A stretch of 61,317 nucleotides of DNA, counting the filler, from Globobulimina sp. (Eukaryota): the NCBI GenBank assembly GCA_003354225.1. It is 17 parts of 17 records of this genome, joined end to end, with 100 filler letters (N's around TTAATTAATTAA, not from the genome) between each part and the next. Parts side by side here need not be neighbours in the genome. Positions count along the whole stretch, not along the records: positions 10,846 to 14,359 come from PIVH01002614.1; positions 14,460 to 17,973 come from PIVH01002615.1; positions 18,074 to 21,586 come from PIVH01002616.1; positions 21,687 to 25,199 come from PIVH01002617.1; 13 more parts are not named here. One strand, 5' to 3'. The translations under genes were made by a program, and so were the position numbers. Numbering within the stretch: the first letter of the stretch is position 1; each line of letters starts with the position of its first letter. Under the pieces are notes generated by a model. That model saw only the letters and a list, made by a program, of their open reading frames with translations, ran no database searches and had not been told where the DNA came from. Below, piece after piece: positions 10,846 through 22,336 of the stretch.

Positions 10846-13593
10846 TAAGTGAATAATCGCATGCAAATAACCATAAATCAATCCATTGTGCTTCTTGGCG
10901 AGATTTAGGAACATCAACCATTATAAAATCATGATTTATTGATTTCCGCAAAAATGTATCGGATAATACATTAGTTTTATGTCCTTTTTCTTGTTTTTTA
11001 TTTTGCTCAATTTCTTCCAATTCGTAACTGGCATTCTCTTTAAATGCTTGTTGTATGTTATCTGATACAATCAATGAAGAATCAAATGAACGAAAGTTTG
11101 CTGTAATCACTACATTTTTATTGAATTTTAATATGTTGTGACATAATTTGCTGTATTCATTCACATCCATTGTAGCAGGCGATTGTGGTACCAGTGATGT
11201 CATTGTTTGGTTTGATTCGAATTCATCCAATTCGTGGCCATCCATTCCATATTCTGCGATAATATTTGTATTGAATCTATCTCTTGCAATTGATTCTATT
11301 TCTTCATCATTATCATTGTCAATTTTTTTGTCATTAGCATCGTTATCATTGATGCTTTGTTGTTTTTTGTGAATCCGAATGAGTGGCAAAATAACGGTAT
11401 TTGGTTGCAATGCTCCCAATCCGCTTAATAATATTAAATTTTCTAATCCATTACGAATATTTGGTGCGATATTAATTTGTGGGAATGCTTTTAGTCCGTT
11501 ACTATGAATAAAGTCAATCCATGTATTTCTTAATTATATTTACAAATAATTATAATAATATGTATCCAATTCGACATGCAAGTGTTCCATATCATAGCTA
11601 CATACTCGTTGAATTGAATACATATTAATTACAATATTTTGTTTATAAATTCCGGTATATACTACCTTAAACTTATGGTCTTATCAAAATCACCAAACTC
11701 TCCATTTATTGATACACCAATAATATATAAACCACCTTTCTTTAAATTATTACAAAAGTCAATTAATGCACTGTATTTATTATCAGCTAACAATAATATC
11801 GAGGGTCTGGTATTTGTGTATTTGTTTATATATTCTTTATTATATAATATTAATAATAACTGCTAAATACACACACCTCCATGCTTTTGCATGTCTCTTT
11901 CTTTCATCCAGCCGCAATAAGTATTTCCGTACTTGATGAAATATAATTGACTGAGTAACATCACCCCACACATTCTGTGGCTCTCTGTATATCAAATATG
12001 CAAATATTCCAATTTCAATGAGAAAAGCAGCAAATCCAAATCTCCAATCCACATAAAACATGACCCCTAAATTTGATACAGTTCCAATCAACGAAATGTG
12101 CCATGAGTAGCTGATAAAAGTGTATATATAAAACATAGCGCCTAAACTATTTAAAAGACGGTCGAAAGTTTGGAGTGCCAGAGATTGCCAATAAGAAACA
12201 GCATAAATTAACAGTAGCATATGATAAACAAAAAAATGATGTCGAAATCGGAGCAATTGTATTAATACCTTTAATAGGAAAAACATATAGATTTGAATGT
12301 AATTGTCAAATATAAACAATATATAATGAATACCTCCAACAAATATCAAGCATTGTGCAATTAACCAGGTAATCAATACAGCAGTTCTCGGTTCATCGCC
12401 ATGTACTGATCCATATTCAAATATTTTCATATACGGAAATAATTTATCTCTTGCAATGGCTTGCAATACGCGACTGCCACCAAACAATGAGCCCAATGCG
12501 GAAGAAGACGCACTGATAATAATACCCGAAATAACTAAATATGTACCAAATGTACCCCAGGCTGCCTCCTGCATTATACTGGTATCATTCCGTAAGGTAC
12601 ACGAATTGAACGAGCCTGCAAAAGATGCAATTAACAATAAATAGAAAAATATAGATGTCGCCACTGCAGCTAATGTCCCAACTGGTATTGAATAGGCAGC
12701 ATTTTTCAAATCCCCACTCAAGTTGGCACCTTCCATAATGCCGGTTGCTGCTGGGAATAACACTGCAAATGTAGCTGCAAATGAGTGGCATGCACCACAC
12801 GTTATCTCCCAGTTCTCTTTAAATCGACTAAACGTCCAACCATAGTGATTATAATCGCCTTGGGCCACTGCATCAGTCTCGCAAGGTGATATTTGATCTG
12901 GTTTAGTTTCAATTAATTGGGACAACTTTGAAAATATGTAGGTTATAAAATACCTTCTAAAGCAAATGTCCCTCGAAAGAAACACGCGCATAACGCAATC
13001 AGTATTGCCAGGAACTGGAAACAAAATAAGATTACATTGATTTTAGTGAAGCACTCTGCGCCAATTAGCGCAATGGTTAAACAGCAGAATAATATCGCCG
13101 ACGAGAAAGCATTTGTCAACCAAAACGGATTGGAGCTATCTGCAAAAAATGTAGAAACGACTTCTTCTGCAAAACCAGACGCATAGAATGCAACACCAAC
13201 GCAATATGCTGCATAAAATAATATGCCAATTGAGCCACCAAATTCTGGCCCCAATGTACGCGATATCATGTAATAAGAGCCACCTCCACGCATAGTGCCA
13301 TTCGTTATAATTGCGCATAAAGATAATATTGTAATTATAGCTTGGATTTCAGCGATAACGAATATTAATAGTACACCAGCCACACCAACTTGGCCTATAC
13401 CCCATCCTAAACGTAAAAATAGAATGACACCCATAATGTTGAGCAAACATGGCACATAACAACCATTTAATGTGCCTAATTTGTTTTTGTGTTCATCCTG
13501 AGTTCTTACCATTGTCTCTTGTTTTGCGTTGTTATTATGATCATTATGCTCACGTAACAATGTGTATTCTAAATCTTTATTATTGACACTCAT
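10846..13593 (-). CDS. SLC12A9/CCC-like cation-chloride cotransporter, multi-exon, 3' truncated
   Basis: KLGTLNGCYVPCLLNIMGVILFLR, GGGSYYMISRTLGPEFGGSIG, FPAATGIMEGANLSGDLK, PNFRPSFKYYSWH (after removing a 37-bp intron), WRPSILLL, NNLKKGGLYIIG, SGLGALQPNTV. GT-AG introns, e.g. 12898-12953. Confidence 0.93.
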
Positions 13594-13684
13594 TGTCACG
13601 AAAGAATGGCTCGTGCCTGAAAATGATTTTTTGCACTGTTTTTTGACTAATCTGCAAACGTCAATCAAACCTATTTTATCAGCC

Positions 13685-14359
13685 ATGAGCAGTAACTCTG
13701 TTTTATCTCTAAGTCACACTGAAACCCTCATACATTTGGTAACATTATTTTATAATGTTCTGAGATTGGCAGTATCAAATTTATTTTGGTTAGCTACGCG
13801 ATCAAAAGACCGGGAAAAAAAACCAATTAAATTAAAAGGATGGGATACACATCATACAGTAATTGAGAAATTATGTTCAAGCATTAAAGCATGGCAATGC
13901 AGCAAGAAAAGTAAAGATGAAATGATGTCAATCAAAAGAAAAAAAGCATCTGTTGTTGGAAGAGCCACTGATTATAAAAATACAACATTCGGCATTGATG
14001 TATCGGATTTAAATGCAATTATTGAGATAAATGGATTAGATCGTACCGCATGGATCGAATCAAATTGTAAAATGGGTGAAATTACAGATATTTTATTATC
14101 GCATGGATTTATTTTAAAAACAACGCCAGAATTAGAGAATATAAGCATTGGTGGTTCATTTCAAGGATTAGGCCTCGAATCGAGTTCATTCAAATATGGC
14201 ATGACTCATCACATAACACAAGAGATTGAACTAATTTTGCCTGATGGCACAATAAAAAGAGTTCAAAGAGATGATGATAATGATTTATTTCAATGCATTG
14301 CAGGTTCGTTTAATTCTGTTGCATTGGTTGTTGCATTAAAGATGGAATTAATCGCAATC
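13685..14359 (+). CDS. FAD-binding oxidoreductase, Delta(24)-sterol reductase (DHCR24/DWF1)-like, 3' truncated
   Basis: TPELENISIGGSFQGLGLESSSFKYG...ELILPDG...DLFQCIAGSFNSVA parallels the DHCR24 PELDDLTVGG..G.GIESSS.KYG motif. Confidence 0.8.
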
Positions 14360-14459
14360 NNNNNNNNNNNNNNNNNNNNNNNNNNNNNNNNNNNNNNNNN
14401 NNNTTAATTAATTAANNNNNNNNNNNNNNNNNNNNNNNNNNNNNNNNNNNNNNNNNNNN

Positions 14460-14914
14460 GATTATAAGTGAATCTGTATGCAATATTATTACATGTTTTA
14501 TAATGATTAAGGTAGGAATATCTAGCATATTATCTAAATTCCATTTATATTTAAATCCGATACTACTTAAAGGTTTATGACAAAACGGAAATCAAAATAT
14601 GGAGTTTGTCCAATATGTATAAACATGTTTTATAGGCGCCACTTGGAAGTTTTATTCTATATTTTTATTCATTGACATTGACAAAAGGCAGTCAAAAATT
14701 AACCGTTGGAACTACGAATATAATACAAACCGGATGCGCCATAATAGTTGTTTTTATCATGCATGCCATCGTATTTTCTATTTATCCAAATTTTGTGGCT
14801 GTAGGAGGTAACTTTTTGTTAATAGTATCAGTCGCATTGGTATCAATTGAGAAAATAAAAAAAGCACATAATAAATCATTTGAAATATTTGATCTGCATA
14901 AATATAGTCAATAA
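14460..14914 (+). CDS. Probable EamA/DMT (SLC35G-like) transporter, terminal exon(s)
   Basis: LTLTKGSQKLTVGTTNII...VVFIMHAIVFSIYPNFVAVGGNFLLIVSVALV resembles the last two EamA helices. Exon structure is uncertain. Confidence 0.5.
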
Positions 14915-15478
14915 GGATTCGGTGATACGGGAAAAGATGTAATTGATCCATATTATGCATTTGACGAGGATGTGCATAGAGGATCTACAACATTAATACT
15001 ATAATTTGTGTGACAGTGTTTGGGTGGTTCTTTTTTTATATTTAAGTAAATTGTTTGTTGTATACATAATTCACAACAAACACCGTAAAATTAATGGTCT
15101 CAAAATGACAAATAGTCGATGACGTTTTTTAAAAAAAATACAATCCGATGCATACAATCCGATGTACATCGGGACATTTTTTAAAAGTTCAATATTTTTC
15201 ACAGCAGATCGGCAGTAATGAAAGAAACATCGGATTTTGTCAGACCTGAACCAATGCAGAGAACAACTTGTTTTGCTGATCGAAATCTCAAAACAAAACA
15301 TGTACATGAAATCTGAATATCTTATTTTTGTAAATAACCAACCAGAGAAACAAAAAAAATATTTTTTATTCCGTAAATTTACAAATCAATTAGTAATGCA
15401 CCGAAAGAACAAAACAACACAAATTAAAACGAAAAACAAAGAACTTTCACATAACAAATTCCTTATTTTATTTCTAAA

Positions 15479-16555
15479 TTAAACTTTTTGATTTCTTATC
15501 ATACTCAAATAATTTACCAATTTTTGAGCGGAAAACTCATCATTATTATTATTTCTGTTTTTATTTTTTCCATTGCCACCACGCCTTATTTTCTTATTTT
15601 TGCCATTTTGTGGACGTTTCACACTCTTCTTTTTTTTATTTATTTTTGCTGATTTATATTTAATTTGTGCGTTATTAATTAAATCATTCCCATCCATCAT
15701 AATATCATTAGGAACAATCATTGCTTGCTGTTTTATTCCATTCAGAGTATAAATGCCATATTCATTCGGATTATCATTATGTAATATATTTATTCCCTCT
15801 TCGTTTATCATTTGAAAATCATTAGTTCGTTCCCAAATATTTCGTACTTGATTTTTTTTCGTAGCACCAAAGCCAATTTGATTATTATCGTTATTATTAT
15901 CTTCTGCTTCGGCGTCTGTATCCGACGCATTTGGAGTAATTGGATTATTGTCAGAATCAATGCATTCATTTTTATTCATGTTATAATCCCTAATCAAACT
16001 GCACCGTTTGTTATGTATTAATCTCTGTTTTTCCTCGTTTTCAAACATTGAATTTTCTAAATTGTATTCAATATTTTGGCATGCTTTTGCTAATTCACTT
16101 TCTGTGTCATAGAATATTGGCTGTGCGGCTTTCTTTTTTCCATTTATTAATGTCTCTGTTTTAACAGAAATAATTTCAGGTTGTACACGCGACTGCGGTC
16201 GGTAATGTTGTTTGTGTTGCTCGTGTTGCTTATTTAGAAATGGTTTGTGCGATTTGTTATCGTTGTTATTGTTATAACGGTGCCAACTAGTTAATGATGG
16301 TTGAAATGGTTGTGAACACTGTGGCGGTTCACGTCTTTGTACGTAATTATTATGAGTGCAATTATTATTATTGTATCTTTGAGTGTAGCGGTTATTTTGC
16401 TGATAAGCATTGTATTCATTATGATAATGATTATTGTACTGATGGTTATTGTGCTGGTCGTAATAGTGATTATTGTGTTGATTGTAATGATTCATTCGTT
16501 GTTCATGATATTGTGTATTGTGATTGTTTGTTTCATTGTTTCTGTAAAAACTCAT
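15479..16555 (-). CDS. Asn/His/Gln-rich low-complexity protein with basic C-terminus
   Basis: Long ORF; first ATG at 16555 (MSFYRNNE); NLS-like KKKKSVKR. Confidence 0.7.
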   Translation of the reverse strand: MSFYRNNETNNHNTQYHEQRMNHYNQHNNHYYDQHNNHQYNNHYHNEYNAYQQNNRYTQRYNNNNCTHNNYVQRREPPQCSQPFQPSLTSWHRYNNNNDNKSHKPFLNKQHEQHKQHYRPQSRVQPEIISVKTETLINGKKKAAQPIFYDTESELAKACQNIEYNLENSMFENEEKQRLIHNKRCSLIRDYNMNKNECIDSDNNPITPNASDTDAEAEDNNNDNNQIGFGATKKNQVRNIWERTNDFQMINEEGINILHNDNPNEYGIYTLNGIKQQAMIVPNDIMMDGNDLINNAQIKYKSAKINKKKKSVKRPQNGKNKKIRRGGNGKNKNRNNNNDEFSAQKLVNYLSMIRNQKV

Positions 16556-16785
16556 TCTGCAAACTATGGAACCAAACAATGGTTATATAAATGCAACAAA
16601 GTGATGTCCAAATAACGTGACTTTCAGGCGTGATGTCCAAATAAACGCAACAATTTTAAAGTGAGGTTCAAGGATAGTTTATGATTTTTTTACTTTAAAA
16701 TATGAGGAGAAGTTTAATACGGTGGTGGACTCAATAATAATTAATAATTAATAATTAATACTAGTAAAAATATCCTTGCATTTTG

Positions 16786-17940
16786 TCAATTTGTTGGTAT
16801 CGATACAACATAGCTAAACCTACGACTTCCTTCAGATTTATCATGTCTATATCCAATACAATAATGATAATCTGACCCTTTATCCATTTCATTTGTTGTA
16901 TACATTAACTTCATCCTTTTTGTATTATAATCACTATATTCCTGTTTAAAAAACTGTAATTCCTTTCCTTTAACATCATATTTCATTATAACGGTATCAC
17001 CCGCTTTGATTCCATTATCATATTTTTTAATTGTATAATAACCAAAACTTGAATCATCTCCTCCATAAAAATGTCCTTGAGCGAGATTGCTCATTCCACT
17101 GAAACCGTGACTTACGTAGTTACCATAAATAATCATCTTTTGGTTCTCTCTTTTTTTAAGAATATATTCATCGCATAATGCGGCATCCCGTTTATTGACA
17201 CAACCAATATACATTTGAGTGGGAGTTCTTTGAACGAAAATACGAATCACCGGTAATATCGAGATGGGTTTGCTGCAAAATATGATATGTGAACCAGGCT
17301 CATACGTATAACGTAAATATTCTGTATCTTCAATTGATTGCATTTTAGTTTTTTCGTTCATTGTAATTTTAACATTTTGCTCATTGAATACATCGAATAA
17401 AGTTACTTTTCCATCATCAATTATCTCTTCTTTTTTTGTAACAGTTTCTGTCTTTTGTTCTGGCTCAATTTCTGTTTCTTGTACTTTTGGTTTATCGTTA
17501 TCAGAAACGTTATCATTGTTTGTATTGATTTCCGTTTTTTGTTCTGTATCCGGTTCAACGGTGGTTTCACTTTCGCATTTTTTATCCTTTTCTGTCTGAA
17601 TAACTTTGCCGCTTATCATGCCTTCGGGTTCAATCGCGCAGAAAAGGCCGGCAGATGAGCCCGGAAGAGACAGGGACCATCCCCATGATTCTCTTTCAGG
17701 AAGAGATGCTGCGACCAGGCCTGCTGCCGCAAACATAAGGTTTAGTTCCGCATTATTTTTTTCAGTCAGGCTGATTTTATAATGTGCGTTATAGGCATTA
17801 TGTCCTTTGATGATTTCTTCAGAATTTCCAACTATGACAATAAGGTTTGGTTCTTCCCAGAGATATCTGAAATAGTGAGCAAGGTTCATCTGTTTATCCA
17901 TATTTTTGAGCTCCATTTTCAACTGTTTTTTTATCCACAT
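16786..17940 (-). CDS. Chimeric ORF: bacterial Hsp33(HslO)-like N-terminal segment + acidic linker + SPRY-like domain
   Basis: N-part ...MFAAAGLVAASLPERESWGWSLSLPGSSAGLFCAIEPEGMISGKV; C-part MYIGCV...IKAGDTVIMKYDVKGKELQFFK...YHYCIG (SPRY/B30.2-like). Confidence 0.65.
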   Translation of the reverse strand: MWIKKQLKMELKNMDKQMNLAHYFRYLWEEPNLIVIVGNSEEIIKGHNAYNAHYKISLTEKNNAELNLMFAAAGLVAASLPERESWGWSLSLPGSSAGLFCAIEPEGMISGKVIQTEKDKKCESETTVEPDTEQKTEINTNNDNVSDNDKPKVQETEIEPEQKTETVTKKEEIIDDGKVTLFDVFNEQNVKITMNEKTKMQSIEDTEYLRYTYEPGSHIIFCSKPISILPVIRIFVQRTPTQMYIGCVNKRDAALCDEYILKKRENQKMIIYGNYVSHGFSGMSNLAQGHFYGGDDSSFGYYTIKKYDNGIKAGDTVIMKYDVKGKELQFFKQEYSDYNTKRMKLMYTTNEMDKGSDYHYCIGYRHDKSEGSRRFSYVVSIPTN

Positions 17941-18073
17941 ATCTGATAGGCCGGGGTTAATGCTTATAGACGTNNNNNNNNNNNNNNNNNNNNNNNNNNN
18001 NNNNNNNNNNNNNNNNNTTAATTAATTAANNNNNNNNNNNNNNNNNNNNNNNNNNNNNNNNNNNNNNNNNNNN

Positions 18074-21000
18074 ACATCATCGGTTTCATTGCGTTGCGTT
18101 TTAACATTTACATTGTTGGCATCTAACTCATTCATATTCGCTTCGCAGACTTGAACCAATTCGCTATCATCGGTACCAACGTCCATTGCAATCTCATCGC
18201 TTACTTTGTCAGTCTCCATCTGCTAAAAAAACAAATTTCAATTACAAAAACAGACAAATTCCTATGTATTTACCTTTTGCTCCAATATTAATATTTTACC
18301 CATTTGAATGTCATTAATGTCAGCAATAACTGGCTCCGATTTATCTCCTCCGATTACAACGTGCTCCTTCTCCTCATTCACATCATCATCATTCACTGCA
18401 TCCTGCTCCAGATTTAGCTCCTTTTCATCTTCAGCAATCTCATTGTTTTCAATTCCAATCTCTTTCCTTTTGCTCTCAATGTGAACCTGTCCCAAATTCA
18501 CCATTTTCTCGTCAGCTTCGTCATCATTCTCATTCTGTGCAATGGCAATCACATTCTTTATATTTTCGTTTACATCCATCGCTCTGCGCTTTTCTTTTTG
18601 TTTCATCTGCGGAGATCTCGACTTTCTGGCTTTGCTGTGTTTCCTCTTCTTATTAGATCGCCGTTTCTTCTCTTTCCTGCCGCCACCATTCGCGGCCAAT
18701 GCATACGGATCGCGTACGACGTCATCCCTTCTTCGCCTCTCCTTACTCGCGGACTGTGTTTGTTGCGCCCCGGTTAGCCATGATATCCATCCTTGTTTTG
18801 GCTGTCGTTGTGGATGAGCATTTTTTTGATCTTGTATGGATTTATTACCTGCGTTTTATACAAATTTAAACACAATATTTTAGCAGCGACGACATGAACA
18901 TTATTCAGATGACTTTCACTCAAAAAACTTTTAAGTCAAGCTTACGGATCATGGCAGCTTTGCAATTTCACACAGTTTCCGTACCGGAAACGGATATATA
19001 ATTGTCAGTTTCAAGCGGTACATTGTGGAGTATTTTTAAAAAAATAAGGTCGTACCGTGAGATGGTGCAACTTCTGCATTTGATATTTTCTCATTGCTGG
19101 GTTTAGTCGGCACTGTTAATTTGATGGTGACTGCTTTGGCATTCTTCTGTTTCTTTTGCACTTCATTCTGCATCACTTTGTCGATGTATTCTGCGTTGAT
19201 TTGCAGCATTTTCTGCACTTTTTTGTCATTCATACGCTCAGTGGGTAAGGTTTGAGTCATTGCCAATGATTTTAATTTTTTATCCCGTTTCTTTCGTTTT
19301 CTATTCGCGTTATCAATGTCAATCATATTAATACGTACTCCGCGTTTCTGTTTGGATGCGTATGTGTGAAGAATGCGTTTTTTTTTTCTTTGACCTTTTG
19401 GTGGAATTCCTTTCGGATTCAATGAGCCCAAATTCACGGAGGTCCCACCGGACTCAGTCTGTTTCATCTTGGCTTTTCCCACGCGATTTAACCGCAAATT
19501 CTCTTTCTTCGACAATGGCGAACTTAAATCAATCCGACCTATCACAAAAATGTCAATCGATCGGTTTCAAACTGTATAAAAAAAGTGGTGTACCTTTATT
19601 ATGTTTGCGTGGATTTGCGACAATATGATGAATGTCATCGTATTCGGTGGTGAACCACTTCTTAAATAGCCGGGTCACTGTGCTTTGTTGTGCCATTTGG
19701 TGGTCTCTCTGAGATTGAATGGCAGCGGCTTTTAATTGCAACAGTTTGTTTTGTTGGATCTGTTCCCATCGCAGTCGATCCATCATATATCGGTTTAGAT
19801 GGTCGTGCGCCTGGTAAAAGGGCAGAGATTTCACCATTTCTATCAATTCCTTGCTCGTCGCGTTGACCGTCGGATAATTGATCTTCACCGCAGAGGCCGT
19901 TAAATGTAAGTATTCGTCCAATGCGTCGGTTTTGCGGTACACTGCTTTCTTGCGCGGATAATGCCGCTTTTTGGAGGATTTGTGCCGCAGCGACAGGTTC
20001 CGAGCACTTTTCTTTTTGCCTGTCATTTTATGCAAAAACAGATTAAAAACAGACCAATGTTTCCAATGTGGAACATACTCTTTCTTTGCTTTGGATCAAT
20101 GGCCTTTTCTTGGCGCGATTTATTGGCCAAAACCGGATCGTTACTTTTGGGCGACACCGAATCCGCAGATCTTTTCTCTTCGTGCACTATTTGTGTGTTT
20201 GTGGTGTTTTTCTCGCTTAAATCGCTGAGACTTTCTTCCATTTCTGCATTCCGTAAATATTCGTCGTTGTTTTCGTAGCTCTGCACCATTGTAAATAAAT
20301 CATTTTCTTCCTCGACGCTGTCATTGCAGTCCTCATTTGCATTGTGATTCGGATTGGGATTAATCGCTTGGTTTTCATCGATATTATTGGCAAACATTAC
20401 CAATTTGGAATTGTAACCGAAATTATCCCTCAATTGGACGGATAACCGCCGTTTTAAATCGTTGTGCTCTGAAATGTTGTTATTGACAAAAGTTGACAAT
20501 ACGCTCTCCGGTCCGCCGTACGATGAATACAACCTTTTCTTGGCGCCAATGGCCAATTTATTCGGTTCCTGTTCGTGTGGCGTATTATTTATATTATTCA
20601 TATTGTGGTTATTTATTAGTTTCTGGGTCATTAATTTCTGATTTTCAGCCTGCAGATATTGGATGGTTTGGTTTTGTTGATTTATGTCCGAATTATAATC
20701 ATTTATTTCCTTTTCAAGCTGAACATTCTGATACGTTAACTCTACAATTTGGTCGCTGAGCAATTTGGCCCTTTTCTCGTATTTCATTTGCGAGTTTTTC
20801 ATGTTTTCAATTTCGATCTGCGCGTCTTCCAAATGTTGGAATTCATTGCGATATCTCTCGCAGTCTCGCAATAATTCGTCGTATTTACGCTGTTGTTTTG
20901 ACAGTTTCTCCTTCATTTCGTTCACTTCGTTGTTGTTGTTGTTGGAATTTATTGCTTGTTTCTTGTCGTTTGTGTTGTGGATAATGTCGTGGTTCAATAA

Positions 21001-21454
21001 TTGAATGGTGTGCTGATATTCATTTATTTCGTCTTTTGAGTTATTTAAATGTTCCCTGGTTACGGCCAATTCGCCCAATAACTGTTCGTATTTCTCGTTG
21101 GTTTGCAAAAATGTTTGCTGATATTCCATATTCTCCGCTTCTACCAAATCAATCTGTTTTTTTTATTATGTGAAGCAACGCAAAATCGCATACAATTTAT
21201 ACCTTCATCTCATAATCAACAATATGCGCATCCAATGTTTGAATCGTAATGCATTGCTCTTCGAATTGTTGCTGTAATTCGTTATTTGTCTCAATTAATT
21301 CTAATGAGGTTTGGTATGCAATGCTTAATTCATGTTCCTTATCTTTTACTTCTTTTTCTAAGCTTAAAATCTCATTATTTGACGTCTTGAGAGGTGATGG
21401 AGAACGTGATCGCGTTTTAGACTTTGTTGTGTCTTCATATTCTTGTTGGCTCAT
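18074..21454 (-). CDS. Single multi-exon coiled-coil protein joining five ORF-track fragments, 3' truncated
   Basis: GT-AG introns (21154-21202, ~20020-20078, ~19539-19593, ~18849-19055, ~18220-18273) restore one continuous frame. Heptad-rich N-terminal half. Confidence 0.8.
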
Positions 21455-22336
21455 GCTTGACACTAAAAAAAAACTTTCTTTACATAAAACAAAATACTAT
21501 AAATGTACACCTGTCAACCAGTGTTTATAATGATAGGAAGGAAAATAGGTTAATAATAAAATGTTAATGGTTCCCGATGAAACAAANNNNNNNNNNNNNN
21601 NNNNNNNNNNNNNNNNNNNNNNNNNNNNNNTTAATTAATTAANNNNNNNNNNNNNNNNNNNNNNNNNNNNNNNNNNNNNNNNNNNNATTGGATTAAGGCC
21701 ATAATGGATTAAGTTGCAAGAAAATGTACATAGTGATGTTTCCGTTGCGTGGGAAACATTTTTTATTTCGCATTGGTATGGATTCTGTTGATGCAAATGC
21801 GAATTAACGACGACAGTGCATATCCTCTGTCCGGACCATCGATGTATTTGCTATTCAATAATTCATAGCGTTCCACTGCTCCACATTTCGGTAATAGACC
21901 TTCAATTTCTGCCACGCATTTTGTTAGGTCGGGTAAGGAATACCTATATCTGTCAAAGGTACGTGAGACAGATAAAATTTATAATTGCTCTTTCCGTGCT
22001 ATTTTTGAGTTGGTTGCAATTCTCTTTTTCTTCCATATCTACACTTAAAAAAGTACTATTTTTGTTATAATGATCTAATCGTAAATGAAGATGGTTATTA
22101 TTCACATTATTCAGTTATTGTGTATATATTTTTAATCAAGGAATTTTATCAAAACTATAAACAAACATTTTGCAACAAATTAAAAACGTGTTATATGATA
22201 TAATTAATCAAACAACCAATGATTATTATTTTGAAGATTTGTCATTTGTTGACAATTAAACTATGATACAATACATTTCACACAAAATAGATGAACGCTA
22301 CATACATTTTCACAAAAATAAGAAAATTCTACAAAG

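Noticed and set aside
12100-12160. Apparent TAG in the conserved SLC12 PNFRPSFK motif, suggesting stop-codon reassignment
   Set aside because: A 37-bp GT-AG intron restores FKYYSWH. TAA, TAG and TGA all terminate genes normally in this window.
18074-21463. Five separate genes or programmed frameshifts on contig 6
   Set aside because: Canonical GT-AG introns join all the pieces in frame.
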